Assembly (NCBI GenBank): GCA_963813025.1
Contig: CAWEXO010000004.1
Span: forward strand, 64,001-128,000
DNA: 64,000 bases
From: an uncultured Verrucomicrobiae bacterium
GTDB lineage: Bacteria > Verrucomicrobiota > Verrucomicrobiia > Chthoniobacterales > JAFAMB01
Direction: 5' to 3'
Position 1 is the first letter of the stretch, and the number at the start of each line of letters is the position of its first letter. Below are positions 41,054-52,433 of the stretch, piece by piece. The notes under the pieces are model-generated. The model worked only from the letters and a program-made list of their open reading frames with translations, had not been told where the DNA came from and did not search any database. Both the position numbers and the translations under genes were made by a program.

Positions 41054-44000
41054 TCAAGCCACGCGGCCGCAACAGTTCTTGTATTTCTTTCCACTGCCGC
41101 ACGGACACGGATCGTTTCGGCCTACTTTGGGGGCTTCGCGTTTGGCCGAAGGAAGAACCAACTCCAGTTCACTTTCACCATTCCCGCCCTCTTCCGGGTT
41201 CGAAAATCCAAAATTTTCTTTTCGAGCGATGGGTCCGCCGGCCGGCATGCGCGGCACGCCCGGTAACTCCGGGGCTTGCGGAATGTTGAGCGGCAAAGAA
41301 GCCAGAAATTGCTCGAAAGCCATGAGGTTGGTCGTGCTGCGAAAAAGATTGTAGAGAACCTCGTTCTTGATGCTCGCCATGAGCTGGCTGAACATGTCGT
41401 AGGCTTCCGCCTTGTACTCGACCAGAGGATCTTTTTGTCCGTAACTGCGCAGGTAAATGCCTTCCCGCAGACCATCCATGGCGTAAAGATGCTCCTGCCA
41501 GAGCCGGTCGATCGCGTTCAGAAGAATGTAACGCTCCAGAGCCTGCTGACCGCGTCGGATTCCTCATGGCTGACCTTTTGCTGGTAGGACTGCTTTACGC
41601 GATCGACGAGGAACTGGGCATTTTCCTCGATCGTCCGCGTCTCCAGCTGAGAGCTCTGTCGAGTCAGACCGAGCGGGAAAGTTGTCGTTACCCAATGGAG
41701 CAGACCGTCGTAATCCGGTTCGCCATCGTCGCGTGTCCTCCAGGTACTCGCGGACGCTCTGGGGCAGAACTTCTTCCACGATCTCGAACACCAGCTTGCG
41801 CGGCTCGTTGGTCTCGAGTGTCTCGTTGCGGAGCGCGTAAACGACTTCGCGCTGTTTGTTCATCACGTCGTCGAAATCGAGCGTCCGTTTGCGGATCAGA
41901 TAGTTCCGCTGCTCGACGCGTTTTTGCGCGGTCTCGACGCTTCGGTTCAGCCACGGATGCTCCAGTTCCTCGCCTTCTTTGAGCCCGAAGCGCTCCATCA
42001 TCGTCGTCATCTTTTCGGACGCGCCGAAGTTGCGCATGAGATCATCTTCGAAGCTGACGTAAAAGCGCGATGAACCCGGATCGCCTTGGCGCGCGCAACG
42101 TCCGCGCAACTGCCGATCAATGCGCCGCGATTCGTGCCGCTCGGTGCCGAGGACGTGCAAGCCGCCGAGTTCCGGCACGCCATCGCCGAGTTTGATGTCG
42201 GTGCCGCGGCCGGCCATGTTGGTCGAAATGGTGACCGTGCCGGCGCTGGCCGGCGCGGGCGACGATCTCGGCTTCCTGCCGGTGATATTTTGCGTTGAGG
42301 ACGTTGTGCGCGATTTTTTCGCGCTTCAGCATCCGGGAGAGCAGTTCGGACGCCTCGACACTCGCGGTGCCGACCAGCACCGGCTGACCCTTGCGCGTAG
42401 CACCCTTTGATTTCGTCGACGACCGCGTTGTATTTTTCGCGGCGCGTTTTGTAGATGCGATCGTTGGCATCCGCCCGGATACAGGGCCGATTCGTCGGGA
42501 TAACGGCGACATCGAGCTTGTAGATGTCGTGGAACTCGTTCGCCTCGGTCTCGGCCGTGCCGGTCATGCCCGCCAGCTTATGATAAAGGCGAAAGTAATT
42601 TTGGATCGTGATCGTCGCGAGCGTCTGCGTTTCGCGATCGATCTGCACGCCTTCCTTCGCCTCGACCGCCTGGTGCAAACCGTCGCTCCAGCGCCGGCCC
42701 GGCATTTTCCGGCCCGGTATATTCGTCGACGATGATAACCTTGTTTTCCTCGACGACGTAATCGACGTCTTTCTCGAACAGGCAGTAGGCGCGAAGCAGT
42801 TGCGAGATGTTGTGGATGCGTTCGGCCTGGTTGTCGCAGTACTGCTGGCGCGCGCGCTTCTTTTCGTCTTTCTGCCTGACGGTTAAAGTTCGGGTCGAGA
42901 TCGATCTCCGTAAATTCGCTGATCAGATCGGGCAGCACGAAACGCGTTGGGATCGTCCGGATTCAAGAAGAGTCGCGGCCCTGCTCGGAGAGATCCGCTT
43001 CCTGATGTTTTTCATCGATGGTGAAAAACAGCTCTTCTTTGAGGGCGACCAGCTCTTCCTTGCGCGAGTCCTGGTAGAAAGAGAGCTCGGCCTTATCGAT
43101 AGCTTTGCGATTTTCCGGGTCCTCCATCATGCGCAGCAGACCTTTGTTGCGCGGCTGGCCGAGCTTGACTTTGAACATGAGCCGGCCTGCCTCCTCCAGG
43201 TTGCCTTTCTCGATGGCCTCTTTCGCTTCGGAGCGAGCCGGTTGCAGAGCATCGTCTGCTTGCGCACGAGCTGCTCGACCAGCGGTTTGAACTTGTCGTA
43301 TTGATGGGTCGAGACCGTCGCCGGACCGCTGATGATCAGCGGCGTGCGCGCTTCGTCGATCAGGATGGAATCGACTTCATCGACGATGGCATAGTAATAG
43401 CCGCGCTGGACCTGCTGCTCCTTGGTCGTGGCCATGCCGTTGTCGCGCAGGTAATCGAAGCCGAACTCGCTGTTCGTCCCGTAAGTGATGTCGCAGGCGT
43501 ATTGTTCGCGGCGGAGCTGAGGCGGCTGGTCGTGCTGAATACAGCCGACCGTCAGCCCGAGCAAGTTGAAAAGCTCGCCCATCCACTCCGCGTCGCGGCG
43601 CGCGAGATAATCGTTTACGGTCACGAGGTGCGCGCCGCGTCCGGCCAGCGCATTCAGATAGAGCGGGCAAGGTCGCGACGAGCGTCTTGCCTTCGCCGGT
43701 CGCCATCTCCGCGATGCGTCCGGAATGCAGAACGATGCCGCCGATCAGCTGCACATCGAAGTGCACCATGTTCCAGGTCATCGGCTGATCGCAGACATTG
43801 AAGTGCGTCCGCAAAGGCGGCGCGCCGCGTTCTTCACGCAGGCGAAAGCTTCCGGCAGAATTTCATCGAGGCGGCGCGCCAGCATTTCGGGATCTCAATC
43901 TGCGCCAGCTCGGCTTTCCAGGCAGCGGTTTTCTCGCGCAGCTGCTCTTCGCTCAAGGCTGCGTACTCCTGCTCCAGTCGATTAATCTTCTCGAGCAAAG

Positions 44001-44067
44001 GCCGCAACCGGCGAATCTCCCGCTGGTTCTTTGAACCAACGACCTTTTTTAAAATCCAGCTGACCAT
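41054..44067 (-). CDS. secA: Preprotein translocase SecA; many indels
   Basis: [67 protein letters not shown] and C-terminal [18 protein letters not shown], in successive frames. Confidence 0.97.
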
Positions 44068-44078
44068 TCTTTTTTCTC

Positions 44079-44647
44079 CTACTTACTGCCGGGATGAGAG
44101 ACCGGGATCGCAGCTAAATCCGGTGGAAGCCGATCAGGTTCAAAAGTTTCGAAATGCAACTTCGCCAGAGCTCTCGAAACGACATCCAAAATCCGGTCGG
44201 TGGTCACCACTGCGATCTACCAGACAACCAACGGCGACGACTTGCGCGCCGCTTTTCCTCGACAATATCGATTGTTTCCCGGACTTTTCCACCTCTTGTC
44301 ACGACGTCTTCCGCGACCACGAAGCGCTCTCCCGGAGTTATCGAAAATCCCCGGCGAAGCACAAGTTTCCCGTCGAGCTTTTCCGCGAAAATATGTCGCT
44401 TCCCGAGAAAGCGCGCGGTCTCCTGGCCGACAACTATCCCTCCGAGCGCTGGCGAAATGACGGCGTCGCACTCCACATCGCGGATTTCGCCGCCAACTCA
44501 CCGCAAATGCGGGCGGCCAGATCGGTGATATTGCAAGACCAGCGCGCATTGAAAGTATTGGCGGCTGTGTAGCCCCGAACTCAGGACAAAGTGCCCTTCG
44601 AGCAGCGCGCCTGTCCTAATGAAAATGTCTAAAAGAGTTTCCGCCAC
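44079..44647 (-). CDS. pyrE: Orotate phosphoribosyltransferase; contains indels
   Basis: [40 protein letters not shown] and C-terminal HPGSK*. Confidence 0.92.
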
Positions 44648-44660
44648 AATGCCTAAAGAT

Positions 44661-45035
44661 TCACCGCGACTGCTTCGATCTCAACCCGCGCACCCTTCGG
44701 CAGAGCGGCTTATCCCAATGGTGGAACGCGCCGGAGGGTGCGACCGGGAAGAAGGTCTCATAGACACTGTTCATTTCTCCGAATTCGCGCATATCGATCA
44801 GGAAGACCGTTGTTTTGACGACTTGCTCGAGACCGACCCCGGCGGCTTTGAGGGTCGCGGCGAGATTATGCAAAACCCGCCGGGTCTGCTCGGCTGTGCC
44901 GCCTTCGACCAGTTGGCCGGTTTGCGGATCCAAAGGAATTTGACCAGAGCAAAAGATCATTGTCCCGGCAGCGATCGCCTGGGAATAAGGACCGATCGCG
45001 GGAGGAGCGTCCCGAGTTGCAATAACCTGTTTCAT
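44661..45035 (-). CDS. ridA: RidA/YjgF family deaminase; indels near the 3' end
   Basis: [20 protein letters not shown] and VVKTTVFL. Confidence 0.93.
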   Translation of the reverse strand: MKQVIATRDAPPAIGPYSQAIAAGTMIFCSGQIPLDPQTGQLVEGGTAEQTRRVLHNLAATLKAAGVGLEQVVKTTVFLIDMREFGEMNSVYETFFPVAPSGAFHHWDKPLCRRVRGLRSKQSR

Positions 45036-45157
45036 GGAAAGCGTGCAAGGGTACTGGTCGGACGCCCAGTGTCAACCTGTGGCGCAAAGATGCTCAGCGG
45101 GGTTGGGCGATCATTTTTTCTAAATCGGCGACTTTGCGCTGCAGTTCTCTCACGATC

Positions 45158-46184
45158 TTATAAATGCCCGGCAAGCGCTTGAGATGGACTTCGCGCTCCA
45201 GAAAATCTCGCTTCGGTTGAGCAGGGGAACCGATTACCACTCCTCGCGCGGAACATGATTGGTGATACCTGCTTGGGCATGTACCACGGCGTCATCGCCG
45301 ACCATGAGATGGTCCGGGAGACCCGGCCTGGCCACCGAGGACTGCGCGATCGCCGACAACCGAGCTTCCCCCAGCCCGACCTGCGAGACAATCAGACAGT
45401 TTTCCCGATCGTGACGTTATGCCCGACCTGGACCAGATTATCGATTTTTGAGCCTCGGCCAATCCGAGTTTCTCCCAAAGTGCCGCGATCGATGCAGGTA
45501 CCACAGCCAATTTCCACGTCATCATCGATCACCACCTGCCGATCGAATTGATCCGCAGCAGTTCGGTATTGAAGTTCTTTAACCTCACCGGTTTGGCGAA
45601 CGGATTCGATGCTGCTTGGCTCCGGCGTGACAAAGGCAAATCCGTCTCCGCCGATAACCGCGTTTGGTTGAACGAATTACTCGTTTTCCTAATTGGCACC
45701 GGTCGCCGATACACACGCCGGCATGAAGCAGGCATTCTTCGCCGATCTCCACGTCCGCACCAATACTGACATTGCAAACCAAGCGCGAGCCCGATCCGAC
45801 TCTCGCTCGCGGGCCTATCCAGCAATGCGGTCCGACGCAGACGTGCTCACCGATTATCGCCGTCGAGTCGACTGCTGCCGAAGCATGGATTCCCTCCCCA
45901 ACAAAGACGGGGCGCTCAAAAATTTCCGTGAGTTTCGCCAAAACCAGTCGTGGACGATCGACCAGGATTTGGTTGGGTGTCGGGACACCATTCAACGTTT
46001 CCGGCACGACCGCGCTGATCACCCTGTTCGAAATCAGCAGCGGGATAACCGTTGGTGATAAGACGAGCGCAAGGTCACTGGAGCCGCCCGCCGCAGCTGG
46101 GTGAACCACTCGCTCGATCACCAGAGACGGGTCTCCCCGCAGCTTGCCGCCGACTAGTTCGGCAATTTCGCGGAGAGTTTTCAT
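45158..46184 (-). CDS. lpxD: UDP-3-O-acylglucosamine N-acyltransferase-like hexapeptide-repeat protein; many indels
   Basis: [13 protein letters not shown], hexapeptide repeats, [28 protein letters not shown]. Confidence 0.88.
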
Positions 46185-46377
46185 CGTCGGGGGAAAACTA
46201 GAACCACGAATAGCGGTGAACGTCAACGGGAAGCGGCGGGAGCGGGTTGCGTAGCGCGGACGGCCTGAGTAGCGCGGCCGGCCTCGGATCTGGGACTTTG
46301 GCAACTCGCAACACGTGTATCAGGCGATGGGTCGCGCAAAAGTTAGAGATCGTCTGCAGTACTCATTGTCCTGTGTC

Positions 46378-46503
46378 GGCAGGGCGAAAATTTATCCGAG
46401 CCTTAGCGAGGACTCGTTTGAGCGGGACGCGGGAGCAGGCCACGCGCTCCAGACGGCTCAAACAAGTTCTCGCCTGGCGCTCGAATAAATTTTCGCCCTA
46501 CCA
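46378..46503. repeat. REP doublet of the same family as 31579-31818
   Basis: gcagggcgaaaatttatccgagcc...gctcgaataaattttcgccctac, with an internal cggctcaaacaagttctcgcc arm. Confidence 0.8.
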
Positions 46504-46546
46504 ACACGGCGCCGTGCGGCTTACGAAGCATTTGGGTTGCATCGCC

Positions 46547-46748
46547 GTAGCACGGACGGCTTCGTCCGTACCTCTTGCCCACGACCTGAGTACATCGAGC
46601 ATTTATCGGGAAGTTGGATTTACCGCTTTCTTCGTTGCAGAGACCGATTCTGAAAAGCTCGGCTCTGAGTGAGCTTCGGAACAGATCCCAGGCGGACCAC
46701 CTAACCCAGCGTGCAGTCAAGAGGTACGGACGAGGCCGTCCGCGTTAC
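46547..46748. repeat. Second GTAG-type REP doublet family
   Basis: gtagcacggacggcttcgtccgtacctcttg...caagaggtacggacgaggccgtccgcgttac; related half-sites near 46250-46290. Confidence 0.75.
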
Positions 46749-47444
46749 TCACCCCGCTCCTTTCACGGTGACGAGCCAAGTATAGTGTTCGCCCGGACGC
46801 AAGCTGCGTGTGTCGGCCACGCTCGTGGCGGTTTCGGCTCGCAGGGCAGTCCGCCCGGGGCCGAGCGCGGTAATTTGCAGCCTGTATTCTTCGTTCCGCC
46901 GCCCAATAAGAGTTACCGCCGAGCGTTCAGCGCCCAGAGCGAAATGCCCGAGATCTACATCATCGAGCTGGAGATCGACGGTTTTGGACTCCGACTTTCC
47001 GACCGACTCGATCCAGAAGGTGAATGCTGCCACCTGTCCATTCTCAAGGCCTTGCTCGAGATGTCGCGCCAGCGATTCGACTGATGCTGGAACCTTTTCA
47101 TCTTTGAGCAAACGCTCGGTATCAGCCAGGACGGTGCCCGTAAGCTCTTTCCGAGCCTCCATTAATAGCCGGAAGGTGAGTAACGGATTTAACAGATTCT
47201 GTCGAATAAGGGCACGAGCGGCCAGGGTTGTCTCAGGGTCGATGTCATCGCTGCCCAGTTCGAGCACCCGGTCCGGGGGGTTCCGCACCATGGCCGAGAT
47301 AAAGTACTGGATCAGTCCCGCCAGTCCGGCCAGCGCGACGAGCAGGAGGGCAGATTTCAACAGGAACCCGAGCCCTTTGGCAGCGCGCGGGGTTCGCCGG
47401 TCCGCGCTTCCATGAAGTTCGCGCTTCTTGCGGTTCTGACCCAT
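46749..47444 (-). CDS. Hypothetical single-pass membrane protein
   Basis: Basic N-terminus, one TM segment (LLLVALAGLAGLIQYF) and a soluble remainder. Confidence 0.6.
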   Translation of the reverse strand: MGQNRKKRELHGSADRRTPRAAKGLGFLLKSALLLVALAGLAGLIQYFISAMVRNPPDRVLELGSDDIDPETTLAARALIRQNLLNPLLTFRLLMEARKELTGTVLADTERLLKDEKVPASVESLARHLEQGLENGQVAAFTFWIESVGKSESKTVDLQLDDVDLGHFALGAERSAVTLIGRRNEEYRLQITALGPGRTALRAETATSVADTRSLRPGEHYTWLVTVKGAG

Positions 47445-47518
47445 AGAACTGGCGAGGGCGGGCCTTGGACCAAGGAATTACAAAGGCGGGCCGGCGCGCG
47501 AGCTCGCTGCCGCCGGTC

Positions 47519-47936
47519 CTACCGGGGGTGGTCCGCGAGACGGACGATACTATCGAATTCGGCCTTTGTAAGCGGCACGACCGACAATCGCGATTGTTTC
47601 AGCAGTGGAATGTTCTGCAGCTCCGGCCGGCCTTTGATCGTCGCGAGAGTCACTGCCGGGGTAAAGGGAACGTTTCGGGATCAATTCGACCGCGACCCAG
47701 TCGCCCTCAGCTGAAGTCGGATCGCGAAACGCTTCTTTGCTGACCTCAGCGATTCCAACAACCGCCTTTCCATTGACGCTATGATAGTAGAGCACCTCGT
47801 CGCCTTGCTTCATCGCCCGGAGGTTGTTGCGCGCCTGAAAGTTGCGAACGCCCGTCCAGTCGATTTTTCCATCCGCGACAAACTGTTCCCAGGAATACGC
47901 CGTAGGTTCTTGCTTCACTAGCCAGAAGTGGGACAT
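47519..47936 (-). CDS. EVE-domain protein; one extra T near 47665
   Basis: FWLVKQEP..YSW, WTGVRNFQARN, YYHS and corrected C-terminal SRLSVVP. Confidence 0.92.
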
Positions 47937-48042
47937 CGATCTGGACATAGCATGCGGCAGCCTCGGTGTCAGCGTTGAAAGAAAATTCTCGTTGGAAACA
48001 AGACTTCCGCAGATAGTAGCTTTCAAGGACTCTAAACAGACA

Positions 48043-48678
48043 ATGCCGGGGGTTTTCATCACTTTTGAAGGAGGCGAAGCCGCCGGAAAATCGACCCAAA
48101 TAGACCGCCTGAAACAAAGATTGGAAGGTTTGGGGCGTTCCGTGCTTGGAGTACGCGATCCGGGCAGTACTGATCTTGGAGAGACCATTCGCGAGATGCT
48201 CCTGCATTCGCACCAAGGCTCTGCCATGCGGCCGGAAACCGAATTGCTGCTTTTCTCGGCCAGTCGCGCCCAGCTCGTCGGAGAGGTCATCGCGCCGGCC
48301 TTGGCGGAGGGGCGGGATGTTCTTTGTGATCGTTTCACCGACTCCACGCTCGTCTATCAAGGCTACGGACGCGGGCTGGATCGAGAAATGATCGGGCGCC
48401 TCGCCAGTTTTTACACAAAAGGGTTGCGCCCTCATCTGACCATTGTGCTCGATCTCGATCTCGCAACTGCTCGCCGCCGCCGTCTACGCCAAGTACGGCC
48501 AGTCGGCTTGCCGGATCGCATGGAATCCCAGCCGCATGATTTTTTTGAGCGAGTGCGTGCTGGTTTCCTGGAGTTGGCAGAGTCAGAGGGAAACCGCATA
48601 AAGGTGATTGATGGGTCTGCGCCCATCGAGAAGGTTGAACAGGCAGTCTGGCAGGCAGCTCATGGCTTTTTCCAGTAA
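48043..48678 (+). CDS. tmk: Thymidylate kinase
   Basis: FITFEGGEAAGKSTQ, LFSASRAQ and CDRFTDSTLVYQG. Confidence 0.96.
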   Translation: MPGVFITFEGGEAAGKSTQIDRLKQRLEGLGRSVLGVRDPGSTDLGETIREMLLHSHQGSAMRPETELLLFSASRAQLVGEVIAPALAEGRDVLCDRFTDSTLVYQGYGRGLDREMIGRLASFYTKGLRPHLTIVLDLDLATARRRRLRQVRPVGLPDRMESQPHDFFERVRAGFLELAESEGNRIKVIDGSAPIEKVEQAVWQAAHGFFQ

Positions 48679-49660
48679 ACAAGCACTCGAGTTATTGTTG
48701 GCGGCATATCGCCGCGGCAAGCTGGCTCACACTTTTTTGTTTTCCGGACCGGAAGGCAGCGGCAAACAGAAACTGACGCAAGAGCTATTTAAATCGATAA
48801 ACCATCTTCCCAATGCGTTGGGACATCCCGATTTTCACCGGATCGAACCCGAGTCGAAGGCACGCCGGATTCTGATTGATCAGGTGCGTGCCCTCGAAAG
48901 TGCCCTACAGATGCGGGCGACGGAAGCCCGTCAAAAGTTCGGAGTCGTCCTGGATGCGGATCGCCTGATGCCACAGGCCGCCAATGCGTTCCTTAAGACC
49001 CTCGAAGAGCCACCGGGACAATCCGTTTTGATCCTGTTAACGAGGCTCCCGGAAGCTCTGCTCGACACCATTCGATCGCGTTGTGTTCAAGTGCCATTGC
49101 GACTCGCTGGTCCACCGATCCTGGAGCCGGAAGCCGGTGTTCTGCTCGACGCGCTGGGCGTCTTTTTTGAGGCCAACAATTTTTCAATTGCGGGGGCCCT
49201 GAGATTGGCCCGTAAACTTCAAGACGCATTGGCAGACGCTCGGACTCGGATCGAGGCAGAACATCACGGTTTGCTGGAGCGAGAGAATGAAACCTACAAA
49301 AACCGAACCGATGGCCGCTGGCTCGAGGGTGTCGAAGAGCGGCTGAACGTGCTTACGGAAAGCCGGTACATCCAGATAAGATCGTCGTTGCTCTGGCATT
49401 TACAGGAATGGTTAGGTGACGTCATCCGCCATCAACAGGGCGCCGCTGATTTCGATTTGCCTACTTATCGAGACAAAACGTCGGCAGCAGCGCGGAGCAT
49501 CACAACCGCGGATTTGCTTCGACGCATATCGGCCATCGAATCGCTCGACGATCAGCTGGGCCGGAACGTTCAAGAAAGCCTGGCCGTTGAGGTGGCATTC
49601 CTCACGGCGTTCGGACCGCCCGCGAAGGAGTTCGCCGAAGCTGGTAGACTTGTGCAATAG
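48662..49660 (+). CDS. holB: DNA polymerase III delta' subunit
   Basis: FLFSGPEGSGK, HPD, ANAFLKTLEEPP and TIRSRC; follows tmk. Confidence 0.93.
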   Translation: MAFSSKQALELLLAAYRRGKLAHTFLFSGPEGSGKQKLTQELFKSINHLPNALGHPDFHRIEPESKARRILIDQVRALESALQMRATEARQKFGVVLDADRLMPQAANAFLKTLEEPPGQSVLILLTRLPEALLDTIRSRCVQVPLRLAGPPILEPEAGVLLDALGVFFEANNFSIAGALRLARKLQDALADARTRIEAEHHGLLERENETYKNRTDGRWLEGVEERLNVLTESRYIQIRSSLLWHLQEWLGDVIRHQQGAADFDLPTYRDKTSAAARSITTADLLRRISAIESLDDQLGRNVQESLAVEVAFLTAFGPPAKEFAEAGRLVQ

Positions 49661-49714
49661 TCAAACTGCCATCAGGGTAGGATTGAGCCGAGCGGATTTG
49701 AGAAATAATCTGGT

Positions 49715-50185
49715 ATGAATCTACTCGTACTTCGACATGCCGAAGCAGTCCCGCAGGCCGCCACCGATGCGGAACGCGGCTTAACGGAAAAAGGCGCAAA
49801 ACAAGCAAAGACCGTCGGACGCTTTTGTGCCAAGGAGGGAATAATTCCTGACGTGATTCTCTCGAGCCCGCTCATCCGGGCGCGCGATACGGCACAGATC
49901 GTGGCCAGTTGCCTTGAAGGCAAGAAACTGGTCCGGCTGGAGGAAGGACTCCGGCCGGGAATGAACACGGAGAGAGGTTTGGCCCTTCTGCGAAAAGAGG
50001 CAGCGAATTCGATGGTGATGCTGGTTGGGCACGAACCGGATTTGAGTGGATTTTGCGCGAGCCTGTTGTCAGCGGGCGACCAAACGATTCACTTGAGAAA
50101 AGCAGGGCTGGTCATGCTCTCGCTCGCTGAGCTAAAGGCAGGGACGGGTGTTCTTGAGTTTCTCTTACCGGTGAAATTCTTATGA
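49715..50185 (+). CDS. sixA: Phosphohistidine phosphatase
   Basis: LRHAEA, SSPLIRARDTA and LVGHEP. Confidence 0.9.
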   Translation: MNLLVLRHAEAVPQAATDAERGLTEKGAKQAKTVGRFCAKEGIIPDVILSSPLIRARDTAQIVASCLEGKKLVRLEEGLRPGMNTERGLALLRKEAANSMVMLVGHEPDLSGFCASLLSAGDQTIHLRKAGLVMLSLAELKAGTGVLEFLLPVKFL

Positions 50186-50862
50186 AACCAGAGGTCATTC
50201 ACACCAAGTCTTTTGCGCGTGACGCCTCCCGTTTTATAGCCGACAGCGCAAATGAAGCCATCGATGCGCACGGTTTTTTTTGTCTCAGCCTGAGCGGCGG
50301 TGAAGGTCCTCGCGCGGTCTACCGTGCTCTGGCACTGCTGGACTGTGCCTGGACGAAATGGATTATCACCTTCGGAGACGAGGTTTGTTTGCCGCCGGAT
50401 GATGCACGGAGTAACTATCGGATGGCTTCGGAATGCTTTTTGATGGTCACGACACCTGGTGAAGTGTTGCGGATGAAGGGCGAGTTGACCCCGCAAGAAG
50501 GCGCGGAGGAATACAATTCCGCGATCCGATATTTGGCGGCGCGGTTCCGGCACAAACGTCTGGCGCACGACCTCGTTTTGCTCGGGCTGGGGGACGATGG
50601 CCACACGGCCTCGCTCTTTCCCAACACACCGGCGCTGGACGAAACCAGCCGCGATGTGGTCTGTAATTTTGTGCCGAAACTGGATGCCTGGCGTTTGACC
50701 GTCACCTTCCCGCTCATTAACGCGGCGCATCGAGTTGCCTTTCTGGTTAACGATGCTCGCAGTGAACCCTTGGTCGACGCCATTCTCCAGGGTGACAGGC
50801 GGCGTCCGGCTGCCCGGGTACAGCCAAAATCGGGAGAGCTCCTCTGGTTTATCGGTCAGTAA
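50182..50862 (+). CDS. pgl: 6-phosphogluconolactonase (DevB type)
   Basis: LSGG, GDE..PPDD..SNY and LLGLGDDGHTASLFP. Confidence 0.93.
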   Translation: MKPEVIHTKSFARDASRFIADSANEAIDAHGFFCLSLSGGEGPRAVYRALALLDCAWTKWIITFGDEVCLPPDDARSNYRMASECFLMVTTPGEVLRMKGELTPQEGAEEYNSAIRYLAARFRHKRLAHDLVLLGLGDDGHTASLFPNTPALDETSRDVVCNFVPKLDAWRLTVTFPLINAAHRVAFLVNDARSEPLVDAILQGDRRRPAARVQPKSGELLWFIGQ

Positions 50863-50939
50863 GATCCAGCCCCACTCAAGCATGGCGATCTTGGCGAATC
50901 GTGATAACATCCCACAAAATTCTCGATACGCGCGGTATC

Positions 50940-51494
50940 ATGAACGAACTGCTGGAGGTCGTCAGTCGATGTAATTCGGGAAGCGAACCTCCCGGCGCTC
51001 TGCACTGGCAGCCGCTTATGGCGGCCCCGCTGGAGAGCTGGGAGCGATGGCTGCAAACAGATTTCGCGACCTGTCTGTTGCCTCACCTTGGCGCTGTTCT
51101 CTCCCTGGCCGGGAAACAGCACGTCCGCGAAATTATTGAACTGGATGTGGAGTACGATCAAACGCTCGAGATGCCGCTTCGAACGAAAAGCGCGCGACTG
51201 GGGCAAGACCTTCTTCAGAGAACCCCGGCTCGGGGAGACCGGATGTTCGCACGCTTACAGCAGGCCATTCGTGCGGGACAGGCGCCGGGCCATTATGCCA
51301 CGGTTTTTGCTTGCCGGGCGGCGTCTTTTGCCATTCCGGCGCGCCTTGTTTTCCTGTCATATTGCTGGCAGGAATTGAGCTGGAGTCTGACGAACCAAGA
51401 GGATCTAACCGGCTTCGTGGCCGCTGCCGCCAAAGTCGTCAACGAATTCCTCTTTGCATCGCCCTCGTACCCTAAGTGCCGTGAAAATGGCTGA
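50940..51494 (+). CDS. UreF-like hypothetical protein
   Basis: Helical protein; 'LRTKSARLGQDLL...PGHYATVFACRAASFAIP...LSY' resembles the UreF core. Confidence 0.5.
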   Translation: MNELLEVVSRCNSGSEPPGALHWQPLMAAPLESWERWLQTDFATCLLPHLGAVLSLAGKQHVREIIELDVEYDQTLEMPLRTKSARLGQDLLQRTPARGDRMFARLQQAIRAGQAPGHYATVFACRAASFAIPARLVFLSYCWQELSWSLTNQEDLTGFVAAAAKVVNEFLFASPSYPKCRENG

Positions 51495-51762
51495 TACTCT
51501 CCAGGAACAAGAAACCAAAGTGCGCTTGGACGTACCTTGGAACGTGATCGTCCACAACGATCCGGTAAATCTGATGAGCTACGTCACGCTCGTTTTTCAG
51601 AGGGTTTTTGGTTTTTCCCGGGACAAGGCGCAGCATCACATGCTCGAGGTGCACTATAAAGGACGGTCCATTGTTTGGAGCGGCACGCGAGAGCGAGCAG
51701 AATTCTACGTTCAGCAATTGCATGGCCACCTGCTGCTGGCGACCCTTGAACAGTCCGAGTGA
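51487..51762 (+). CDS. clpS: ATP-dependent Clp protease adaptor
   Basis: PWNVIVHNDPVNLMSYV..VFQ and MLEVHYKGRSIV. Confidence 0.95.
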   Translation: MADTLQEQETKVRLDVPWNVIVHNDPVNLMSYVTLVFQRVFGFSRDKAQHHMLEVHYKGRSIVWSGTRERAEFYVQQLHGHLLLATLEQSE

Positions 51763-52250
51763 TGCTTATTCGCGGGCGGAATGACGGCACGATCGAGTTC
51801 TTGGATATCGAGCCGATCGAAATGGAGTTGCTGCGGGAAATCGTTCCATTGGCCGGCGCAGGCGACAGTCAATCCGAGAATCACCTTTTCTCCCCGCCGG
51901 CCGCGGATACGGAAACCGAGTTCCTCCGCGATTGGGCGGAATTTGTCGAACCAGAGTTGCGCAGACTCTTTCTCTCGGCTCGCACCATCGTAAAAGAAGA
52001 CATCGATCATCTCCAAAAGCCGATCGGACGCCATGGGCGCCTGAAGATTCGGGCGGAACATGGCGAAGCCTGGTTGAATACTCTGAACCAAGTCCGGCTT
52101 ATCCTTGCCGCACAATACCATTTTATGGAGCGGGAGCTTTCCAGTCACAAGCTTCCGCGAGCATTCACCAAACGAGAACTGGTTCTGGTGCAGATTAACT
52201 TTTATGCCGCTATCCAGGAGCGAATCATTGAGCTTCTGGAAGGGCGATAG
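51759..52250 (+). CDS. DUF2017-like protein
   Basis: Directly downstream of clpS; AWLNTLNQVRLILA motif. Confidence 0.7.
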   Translation: MMLIRGRNDGTIEFLDIEPIEMELLREIVPLAGAGDSQSENHLFSPPAADTETEFLRDWAEFVEPELRRLFLSARTIVKEDIDHLQKPIGRHGRLKIRAEHGEAWLNTLNQVRLILAAQYHFMERELSSHKLPRAFTKRELVLVQINFYAAIQERIIELLEGR

Positions 52251-52259
52251 GCTGGGATA

Positions 52260-52340
52260 ACGTTTCGCATTTCACGTTTCACGCACTCCCCGAACTGCAC
52301 GCCAAACGCAAAACGCGAAACGCGAAACGCTCCAAAACGC
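52260..52340. repeat. Inverted heptamer arrays (CGTTTCA/G versus CGAAACG)
   Basis: cgtttcgcatttcacgtttcacg faces aaacgcaaaacgcgaaacgcgaaacg. Confidence 0.7.
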
Positions 52341-52433
52341 TCTGGATTAGTGTCCGGCAAAGGCGATGTTTCCGGGTGTTGCACGGATTGCCAGCCATTG
52401 ACGCTAAGCATTCTCCGAGGCTAATCTGGACCT

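Noticed and set aside
41054..46184. Pseudogenisation of secA, pyrE and lpxD
   Set aside because: Motifs are intact and collinear and secA is essential; the breaks look like consensus errors.
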